A stretch of DNA of 64,000 nt from an uncultured Nitrososphaerales archaeon (GTDB lineage: Archaea > Thermoproteota > Nitrososphaeria > Nitrososphaerales > Nitrososphaeraceae). The notes under the pieces are model-generated. The model searched no databases, had not been told where the DNA came from, and saw only the letters and a list, made by a program, of their open reading frames with translations. A program made the position numbers and the translations under genes. The DNA lies in NCBI GenBank assembly GCA_963695855.1, contig CAVOHZ010000008.1, forward strand, positions 288,001-352,000, read 5' to 3'. Shown in pieces: positions 55,064-64,000 of this stretch (position 1 is the stretch's first letter; every line of letters starts with the position of its first letter).

Positions 55064-57431
55064 TTATTTTGGAATATACATTCCACTATCAATTAGTTTT
55101 CTTGCAACATCTTTCTTTTGTCCTTTCTCCAATATCTCGAATTTGTCTAGAATGTCTACCATAACAGAATGATGTTTTAACATTTGTTCTTTGATCTGGT
55201 CTAATTCCTGTTCCCGTTCATTTTCCTTGGTCCTTAATACCTGATTTACATACTGTAATTCCTCGATCTTTGTCTGTAGGTCCGCGCCCTTTCTCTCTAG
55301 TTGTTGCATATCCAGAAATGTCAGATAGGGTTCAATCTTCTTGTAAAGTTCTGCTTTTTCGCTATCTTTCTTTTGCCAATAGGTAGAACCTGCATGACCG
55401 ATAAACCACTCAGAGTAGTCGGAATAGCCAAGATCTGAAATTGTGGTTTTCACAAACCTTCTAAAACTATGAAAGGTAATCTTTCTTCTATTTTCATTAT
55501 ATTCCTCCCTGGATCCTGCACCAATTCTATCCAAAGTTTTTTGAAATAAAGTTATGATGTAGTAATACTGATTTTGAGGTTTTGATCTTGGTGTTCTGGT
55601 TGATTTTTTAGTTTCGTTGTTAATCGTATAATTGCGGACTGAAAATAAAAGATCATTGCCATTCTTTTCTGGTGTCCTATATTCATCAATTAATTTGCCA
55701 GTGTTTTTATCTCTACTGCATACACGACGGGTTCTATACTTGTAATCTAACCACTTTTTGATCTGTTCAGTCATTTCTTTAGTCAAAAAGACATATCTGT
55801 CTACTTTGGTATTTGTGTACTCATCCCTTATGGTAACTTTTGCAGGGATAGATTCAAAGTCCAAATCTTTGACACAAATAGATAGGGCCTCTACTGCTCT
55901 CATTCCGGTAGAAGCCAAAAACATAACGTAGGTCTTTAACTTGATATCAGAACAGCCATTCAAAATATTGATGATTTCATGTTTATCAATTGCTTCCTTA
56001 TTCCTCTTGATATCTTTTGGCAGTCTAATTTTTATCTTGAATTTTCTTGGACTAATATCGATATCATTGAATTCAAGGAAATTCTTTGTAGTGACAATTC
56101 TTTGTTTTAAAGTCGTGGTATAAATGTTTGATTTCTGTAAATAGACACAATAATCACCTAATGCCTCATAGACATCAAATTCCCCTTTCTTTAGCCCATC
56201 AACGAATTTATCAATACTAATGCTATGACCATAACATGAAGTTAGAAACTTTTCAAAATTCTGTCAACGAACATGATATTCATTTGCTGTCCGTGTATTC
56301 ATAATACTGATATTTTTAATGTAGTGTTCTGCCTTGTTGCACAACTTGTTCTTCTCAACACATTTAGCTAACCAATTCTAGTCATATTATGTGAACTGGA
56401 GAAATTACAACGAATCTCTTGTTAAACGTGGTGAGGTATTACTGGATTTTGATGTTATAGATAACTGGAATACTGAACTAGAGAAGATGAATAAGGAAAA
56501 GGAAGGTAGGAAATTCGTATATCCAGATTCATTTGTCAAGTTATTGGGATACATGAGAGCATACTTTCACTTACCCTACAGACAAACTGAAGGAGTAGTA
56601 AGAGAACATGCTTCAAACACTTTGCCATCAATTCCAGATTATAGTAACATTAGCAGAAGAATAAATAGACTGGATATCAAGATTTCTGATGATATAACCA
56701 AATCTAACTTGCATGATGATAATTTTGTTATTGCAATTGATTCTACCGGTATAAAGGTATCTAAGAGGGGTGAATGGATTAGACACAAGTGGAATGTAAA
56801 AAGAGGATATCTAAAGATACATTTAGCAGTCGATATAAAAAAGAAGAGAATTCTATCATTAGATGTTACTAGTGAAGAAGTACATGATGTAAAAGTACTT
56901 CCAAAATTGGTTGATTATATAGCAATAAAACAGAATAAGGTAATAGATACTGCTATCATGGATGGTTCCTATGATAGCAACAAGATCTTTCAGTTTCTAT
57001 CATTTAAAGGCATACAACCAGCAATAAAGGTAAGAAAGAATTCTAGATGCAGAAACAAGACCAATCATTACCTTAGAAACAAGATGGTGAAAATGCAGAA
57101 GAATGATTTGCAAGAATGGAAAGATAGTGTACGCTATGGACAAAGATGGATGGTAGAATCTGTTTTTTCCTCTATGAAGAGAATGTTTGGTGAATATGTT
57201 ACTGCTATCAGGTTAGAGAACATGATAAGAGAGATAATGTTGAAAGCATCGTTGTATAACTGGTTTCAAAGTATAACTGTTACATAATTATCAATTATAT
57301 AATAATGAGAACGATTGGTTAAACGAGTTATGCAACAAACCATAGTGTTCTACAGTTTTCTGCTGTTCTGTTTCAATTGTTTTTTCTTAGATATTGGTTC
57401 TTTCTCCCTTCTTCTTCTCCTGCTGTTGCAT
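55064..57431 (-). pseudogene. Second tyrosine integrase (different subfamily), inactivated by nonsense codons and an IS5 insertion
   Basis: TGMRAVE, FHSFRR, IGH, STYW; frame continues upstream through a TGA at 56264-56266 and across the IS (KTVEHYIKN). Confidence 0.88.
56330..57342 (+). mobile_element. IS5-family element, intact transposase (56391-57287), relative of the 38726 element
   Basis: TIRs tgccttgttgca / tgcaacaaacca; 8-bp TSD tagtgttc (56322-56329, 57343-57350). Confidence 0.93.
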
Positions 57432-57775
57432 CAATCTGAAAACCGTATTCTACCTTATCAATATATTGTATTATTTGTTATGAAATATGCATTAGCAATT
57501 TGGTTATTTGATATGAATTTTTATATGAAAGAGATCACATGGTTTTTTCTATTTCAATTTCAATTTTGCAGATATATCTACCACCCCAGAAAAATTATTC
57601 CAAATAAAATTTAGATCAAGATCAAAAGCATTATTGATAAATTCAAATCAATACCGTCATTACTCTGCTTTTTATCTTTTATTTAATCAGGAGATTATCC
57701 TATATTTAAGTAATAGTTCATAAATTTTGAACTATATAAAAAAAGACAAAAACAGTCGATTTACAAAACAATAAA

Positions 57776-58684
57776 ATGTTTATCGATACAAAATTGATTA
57801 TTGAAATGAGCATTAAACTTTCCATCTTTTCTTTTGCTATCTTACTTTTTATTCTGCTTTCTACTACAAATTATGTTTACGGTTTCAATATTATTACGGT
57901 AGGAGACGTTGATTGTAAATCTACTGCAATAGAATTAGTAAACGATATTGTAAAAAAAGGAGCGGATTTTTATTTATGGTTAGGAGATCTCTCATATACA
58001 GAAACCCCTGAAGGTGATGAATGTTTTATAGATATGTTAAAAAACAAAGAAATACTAGATAAATCTTATATTGTTCTAGGAAATCATGACCTTTTGAATG
58101 AAAAAGATTATCTTGACACTTTTAATCTAACGAAGCCATATTATTCTATGGATTTTAATTATAAAATAGAGCATTATAAAAATAATTTAAATATACATTT
58201 GATAGTCATTAATACAGAAGAAGAGATTTCGAAGAATACCGAACAATACAAATGGATTGAAAATGATCTTGATAAAGTATGGAATAACGGAAAGGAGCTT
58301 TATAATTATACATTGGTTGCCACTCATAGACCAATATATGGCGCAAAGGATGTCAAACAAGACTTAGGGGAAGTTAAATCATCCTCGTTTCAGTCTCTTC
58401 ATCCTTTATTCAAATCCAGGGGTGTTGATCTTGTCCTTTCAGCTCATCATCACGTCTATTATCGCATGATTCCTTTGGATGGAATACAATACATAACCAT
58501 AGGTACTGGCGGTGCACCCCAACATCATTTTTTTACAGCTGATGAAAAACCGAAGAATATTTTCATCAGATTTGCAGGAATTCATGGATTTTTAAATATT
58601 GATTTTTCCGATAAAATTTATGGAACTTTTCTTGATATACCAGATAACAACGTATTGGACTCCTTCTCTATTCAATCTAATTGA
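57776..58684 (+). CDS. Secreted calcineurin-like metallophosphoesterase
   Basis: TVGD, LGDLSY, GNHD, SAHHHVYYR. Confidence 0.88.
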   Translation: MFIDTKLIIEMSIKLSIFSFAILLFILLSTTNYVYGFNIITVGDVDCKSTAIELVNDIVKKGADFYLWLGDLSYTETPEGDECFIDMLKNKEILDKSYIVLGNHDLLNEKDYLDTFNLTKPYYSMDFNYKIEHYKNNLNIHLIVINTEEEISKNTEQYKWIENDLDKVWNNGKELYNYTLVATHRPIYGAKDVKQDLGEVKSSSFQSLHPLFKSRGVDLVLSAHHHVYYRMIPLDGIQYITIGTGGAPQHHFFTADEKPKNIFIRFAGIHGFLNIDFSDKIYGTFLDIPDNNVLDSFSIQSN

Positions 58685-58842
58685 AAAATCATTAATTTGC
58701 AACTCTTTTGATTGGTAATTGTTGTAAAATCCTTCCAAACAATAGTTTTTCACATTTTGTTATATTTTTATTGTGTATTGTAATATTATATCATAATTGT
58801 AGGTAAATATTATATAATGTAATAATCATTACATAATGTAGG

Positions 58843-59376
58843 GTGATTAATAAAGTGAAAGAATCATGGAATTTTAAAAAGATCTTTGAAGATCTTGATA
58901 AAGAATTTGCGACAGCAGAAAATATGTTGAATCAAATCTTTATAACAACAGGAGAAAGTGAGACATCTGTGAAACAAAAAGTTCCATATTTTTATGGCTA
59001 TCAAATTATTGTAGGTCCAGATGGGAAACCTCACATCAGTGAATTTGGAAACGTAAAACCAAGTAAAAAAGCATTAGTGGAAAGTGATAAAAGAGAACCT
59101 TTAGTTGATGCAACGTTCAATGAAAAAGATAGTACATATGTTGTAACTGCTGAAATGCCAGGAGTAACAAAGGAAGATATCAAGGTAAAAATCTCCGAAA
59201 TGACTGTAGTCATAAGTGCTGAACGTGCAGATAAAAAATATTATAGTGAATTTCCATTGGACCTTGAATTAAATGCAAATTCTGCAAAGCTAAGATACAC
59301 AAACGGGATATTGGAGATTAAGATAAAAACAAAGGAGCAACCCAAACCAAAGTCAACATACGTTAAAGTTGAATAA
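58843..59376 (+). CDS. hsp20: Archaeal small heat shock protein Hsp20
   Basis: YGYQI.VGPDGKP..EFGN, EPLVD, AEMPGV.KEDI, NGILE. Confidence 0.92.
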   Translation: MINKVKESWNFKKIFEDLDKEFATAENMLNQIFITTGESETSVKQKVPYFYGYQIIVGPDGKPHISEFGNVKPSKKALVESDKREPLVDATFNEKDSTYVVTAEMPGVTKEDIKVKISEMTVVISAERADKKYYSEFPLDLELNANSAKLRYTNGILEIKIKTKEQPKPKSTYVKVE

Positions 59377-60223
59377 TTCTTTATTTTCTTAAGTTTAAAA
59401 ATAAAGGACTAAAAATAACAAGGTAAAACTTAGAGTTCTTTGGGTAAAACTATTGAAAAGAGTAACAGATCAATAGTTAATAACAGTAATAGAGAGTGAT
59501 CACTAGTAGCAGCATATTAATATCCTAGATGATGAAATAATATGAGAATTTTTTTAACTTTATTTTAGTTTTAAACTAATTACCATAGTTTAACTGTTTT
59601 GATTCATTACGGTAATCCTTGAATATTTCACCTTATCTTAAATTATCTAATATTCGATGTTAAAATCCGTTAACTGCACTTCATAATTAAGTTTGTAAAC
59701 ATGCATGAGATTTATTAAATATATATCATTTAATTTTAAAAGTACCTACAATTATATGAATTAGATTAGATAGTTTATTGTATTACTATTACTAAAATTG
59801 TGGATTTTGAAGATTGTTATGTTCTGTTTCTAACTTATTAATTCTACTTTCATTTTAAAATGAACAGAATGGATAATTAAACATATTTGTAACCATATTA
59901 GATAGACCGCGGTATTAAATAAATACATACGATAAGATGAAACCAGTAATTTCCCTTGCAATAATGTCACTTTAAAAGAATTCTACATAATAACAACATA
60001 TCAAAACTATAAATCTACAATGTCCTAACAACGATTATTATTACTATTAAAGTTCTTTGATATTTAGAATTAGAATACTTATCTTAAGTTCTAAGAATAA
60101 TCTTTGGGGAGATGGTCTCGGACCAAGTATGATAATTGTCATAATAGACAGGATAGTTTAAACTTCCTTGTTATGTGAAAAATATTATGTAATTTTAAAT
60201 ATAGATCGATACCATTACTGGTT

Positions 60224-60586
60224 ATGCGAACAACTAATGATAGCAAGAATGTAATCAAAAAATCGATAAAAGATAGTGATGTTTATGACCTACTGTTACA
60301 AATACCTGCAGGGAAGGTATCTACTTATGGGGATCTTGCAAAAGCTCTTGGAAATCCTTCATCTTCAAGAGTAATTGGACGAATACTTGGCAAGAATCCA
60401 AACCCAATTAAAGTGCCATGTCACAGGGTAGTGATGTCTGATGGTAAAGTGGGAGGTTATTTTTATGGCAGTGACAAAAAGAGGGAGTTGCTTGAAAAGG
60501 AAGGAATATCTTTTACTAATGGAATAGTTAGCAATTTTAAGAATGTTAGATCAGTCATCAACAAAAACGCCAATAAACTGAGCTAG
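60224..60586 (+). CDS. ogt: Methylated-DNA-protein-cysteine methyltransferase (MGMT domain)
   Basis: IPAGKVSTYG, active-site PCHRV. Confidence 0.88.
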   Translation: MRTTNDSKNVIKKSIKDSDVYDLLLQIPAGKVSTYGDLAKALGNPSSSRVIGRILGKNPNPIKVPCHRVVMSDGKVGGYFYGSDKKRELLEKEGISFTNGIVSNFKNVRSVINKNANKLS

Positions 60587-61314
60587 ATATTTCATAATTA
60601 TATTCAATGAATATAACAATTTGTTCTTAGATAACTCTACCATTACTTAAAAAATTTTGTTTATAAACAGGTGATTTTAAATTCAATATTAAATCATGTT
60701 TCGTATACTTTATAGTCATCATATCTGTCGATGCCTACAGGAAAATTAATTCTATTTTTTATTTTTTCATACCTATATTGAAACAAAAAATTGAGAAAAG
60801 CTTCATTATTATATTTTATTTTAAAATATTTTTTCCTATAAAACGTCATTAGGTATTTTTTGATCTTGCTTATATTCCTGTTTCTCATCTTATAATTTAT
60901 TCCTAATTAATTAACAAAATTTTTATTATTCGATATCTCGATTATTTATTTTCTTGTGGCTATAAGACAGCTATTTAACAGTTGAACTCCAATACATTTT
61001 TGCATCTTTTCAGTAGATTCTGAAAGAAATTCGACATAAATTCAGACCTCAATACTTCTCTAGCATTCAATTTTGTCGTTGATATTTGTAAATCATCAAT
61101 GTATTATGAGATTAATAAAAAGTATGGTATAAGGTTTGCTATTTATAGGATAGGTAGAACTTTTATACATATTAAATAAATTCTATTATAATAAAATAGA
61201 CATACAAAAATATAAAATCAAAATAATTCTTTATTTACTAAAAATGGTATGTAACCTCTTAAAATATATGGATGGATTTTTATTACGAATCCGCAAAGAA
61301 ATATGATCTTTTTC

Positions 61315-62685
61315 TTACTTATTTTGTTTGCTTGTTCCTTTAGTAAAGAATATTTCATGATTACCTGGTGTAAAATCTTCCCATACAACATAAATATAAT
61401 TTTCAGATGCTGTAACCTGAGGACACTCTGAAACTCCTGTATTATTACTTAAATTTAATATTTTAGTTGCCTGAAAATTGTTTTTAATATTTGTCATAAA
61501 TATGTCTTGGTTTTTTTTTGAAATTACGTCCTGCCATGTTATATTTGAATGATCATTAGAGGAGGTTATTTCAACGTTCGTAGGATGATTGATTTTATTC
61601 GAATAATTTTGATCTTTACCTTTAGTAACGTTTTCTAAAATTGTATGTGGATCCGTAAAAGTAGTACCATTATCATAGCTTTTGACGAAATAGATATTAT
61701 TTATATTTTTTGAATGTAGTCCTCCCCAAATTACAAATATTTCATTTTTAGAAATCGCTATTTGCCCTTCTCCAAAATTATCATGAGCTATCTTATAGAT
61801 ATTTTCAAAACTATTTCCTTTATCATAACTTCTAACAAAAAATAGTCCGTTGTTTTTAAAATCTATGGAACTGCTATCATTATTTTCATTATTCCATACA
61901 ACATATACATAATCAAAATAGGCGTTAACCTTGGGATAAGAATCTTTAGTATTATTTGTTAGTTGGTTTGTATTATTGAATGTTCTTCCATTATCTGAAC
62001 TGCTTTTAAACATAATACTAGACAAAGTTTTTTTATTATTGTTGGAAGAAGCTGGATTTGTTTCTTGCCATACAACATACACATTTCCATCAGAAGCAGA
62101 AATTTCTTGATTATTTGAATTCTTTGAATTATTACTTAAGTTTATTGCTTCACTAAATGTTGTACCATTATCCAAACTTTTGGTAAAGAATATGTTAATG
62201 TTATTCGAATTAGTATTGTCTGCCCAAACTATAAAAATTCCATTTTTAGATACGGCAATCTGAGGATGTTCTGAAAATCCAGTATTATTGCTCAAATTGA
62301 TTGCTTTACTGAAAGTATTCCCATTGTCTAAACTTTTTTTAAAATAAATGTCATAATTATTTTCATTAGAGTTATCATTAACAGATTCTTGCCATATCAG
62401 ATATACACTATTATCAATTGCCGCTATCTGAGCATACACAGAGTCGAGTTTATTGTTTGTAATATTAATTATATTTGAAAAGTTCAAGTCGGGGATAAAA
62501 GTACTATTATGACCATTTTGAATCTGCAAGGAACCATCGAAAGATGACTTTTCAGCTATTTCATTTATTGCGAAAATCTCACACAAATAAAATAAAGAAC
62601 TTAGGATAACGGCGAATAAGATGAATTTCAGGTGGAATCGGATTAATATAGAAAGATTTTTTGAATTTGACTTAAGAATAATCAT
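61315..62685 (-). CDS. Secreted BNR/Asp-box (sialidase-like) repeat protein
   Basis: Repeated SxDNGxTF boxes. Confidence 0.85.
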   Translation of the reverse strand: MIILKSNSKNLSILIRFHLKFILFAVILSSLFYLCEIFAINEIAEKSSFDGSLQIQNGHNSTFIPDLNFSNIINITNNKLDSVYAQIAAIDNSVYLIWQESVNDNSNENNYDIYFKKSLDNGNTFSKAINLSNNTGFSEHPQIAVSKNGIFIVWADNTNSNNINIFFTKSLDNGTTFSEAINLSNNSKNSNNQEISASDGNVYVVWQETNPASSNNNKKTLSSIMFKSSSDNGRTFNNTNQLTNNTKDSYPKVNAYFDYVYVVWNNENNDSSSIDFKNNGLFFVRSYDKGNSFENIYKIAHDNFGEGQIAISKNEIFVIWGGLHSKNINNIYFVKSYDNGTTFTDPHTILENVTKGKDQNYSNKINHPTNVEITSSNDHSNITWQDVISKKNQDIFMTNIKNNFQATKILNLSNNTGVSECPQVTASENYIYVVWEDFTPGNHEIFFTKGTSKQNK

Positions 62686-62879
62686 ATAATTATTACTATC
62701 GGTTTTGAATCTATTTCAATATATATGAAACTAGATCTATTTTTTAAGATAAATCTTTAAGAACAATTCAGGGCAGTTCTGTGGTATAATGAGAATTGCA
62801 ATAACGATGTATCTAATATAGATACAGTCTATGTTCTCATTAGATATTTTACAATATCCAGTTTGCATCTTGTACTTGT

Positions 62880-63290
62880 TTAATAGGTACAGATTGTATC
62901 TTTCAGATTATCAAGGATAGGATAATAACAAGAAAATATGATGTATTTTCCGGGCCTCCAGCAATCTTGTTTGTGCTGGATTAAATTTGGTGAACCAACA
63001 GGCAAATGTTCTAGTTTGATGGTATCCTTATTTGCATCAAGAAATTTTCTGGTAATCCTGCAACAATGTGATGTTACTCTACCAACAAACATTACAAATT
63101 TACCAAATCTTTTGTGTATCTTTAGTAGGTAGGCGGCAGACGTATTGTTGTCAAATCTATCTTATTGTTTGAATAACTGTCTACCATCCATCGCTTAATT
63201 ACCAAAAACAATTGTTCTTTTACAAGAACGTGTTACCGTATATATGATGTTTATCTTTAGAAATTCATCTTCTTCCTTCTAACGTGGATA
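62880..63290 (-). mobile_element. Degraded IS630-family transposase fragment
   Basis: LEHLPVGSPNL and DGRQLFKQ fragments. Confidence 0.65.
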
Positions 63291-63749
63291 TTAAAAAAAC
63301 AATATTAGGAGTGGTTTACCTTATCTTTATTAGAAATTTGATTTAAAAGTATTTTAATATAACGATTTCCATGTTATATATCACGTATACTATGTTTAAG
63401 CTGAAATAAGGTAATTTTTTATAATAATTAAAATTAGAAATGAATATTAAATATTTTAACTATTATCTCACATAATTGATTTGTCTAACATCCTGTGAAA
63501 AAGTGTTAAAGATGGTCTTGCCAGAAATTAATTCCAATGATACCTAAATTTTTGTAACCCTTTGTTAAAAACACCAAACTTCTGAATTGACTATTCATAC
63601 TCTTGAAAAATATAAATAAAAAGGTGGGTAAATTTAAAATATTTACCTAGTATACTATATGACTCGTAAATCAGTTACAAGATAAGAAAACACAATTATC
63701 CTGATTGTGCTAGAAAAAGGAATAAAAATAAGATTATCTAAACTTTGAT

Positions 63750-64000
63750 GTGCACTTAATAAATAAGGGAATAGCCAGAAAGCAAATCAAATATATTTTT
63801 GTTACTGGTGGTGTTCTTTCTGGCCTTGGAAAAGGAATAATTACATCCTCAACTTCAAAAATATTACAATTAACTGGGTTAAATGTTTCTTGCTTAAAAA
63901 TTGATCCATACGTAAATTACGATGCAGGTACCATGAATCCTGTTGCCCACGGTGAGGTTTTTGTAACATTTGATGGTGGAGAGTGTGATATGGATATCGG
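63750..64000 (+). CDS. pyrG: CTP synthase, N-terminal part (runs off window; start uncertain)
   Basis: [47 protein letters not shown]. Confidence 0.95.
   Translation, partial: MHLINKGIARKQIKYIFVTGGVLSGLGKGIITSSTSKILQLTGLNVSCLKIDPYVNYDAGTMNPVAHGEVFVTFDGGECDMDI

Overview
Very AT-rich (roughly 28-30% GC by eye) archaeal DNA. The gene content (F420-dependent enzymes, archaeal pyrG and Hsp20, zinc-ribbon tyrosine integrase, families of secreted proteins, dense IS5/IS6/IS630/IS481 debris) fits a soil ammonia-oxidising archaeon such as Nitrosocosmicus; this assignment is inference. Most of the window is an accessory island; housekeeping-type genes (hsp20, ogt-like, pyrG) appear only at the right end. 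The main unexplained structure is a GC-rich 40-75 bp site (core ACGGGCCCGTCGGGAGT) found 13 times, whole or partial, between 1.3 and 26.5 kb. One copy lies about 50 bp upstream of a tyrosine integrase, another precedes a decayed paralogous integrase, and the rest mostly separate single unrelated cargo genes. The arms on either side of the core occur in different combinations. The core is the reverse complement of a tRNA-like T-stem/acceptor 3' end. All six reverse-oriented copies lie between one inverted pair of IS6 copies. Together this suggests an integron-like cassette array, or a tandem integrative-element array, built on tRNA-derived att sites. Also seen: a second dispersed site family (35-52 kb), a second dead integrase, several small Cys-rich ORFs missed by the ORF track, nested IS insertions with clear target duplications, and a 461-bp tandem duplication in the F420:NADP oxidoreductase gene. 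All calls were made by eye; no searches were run.
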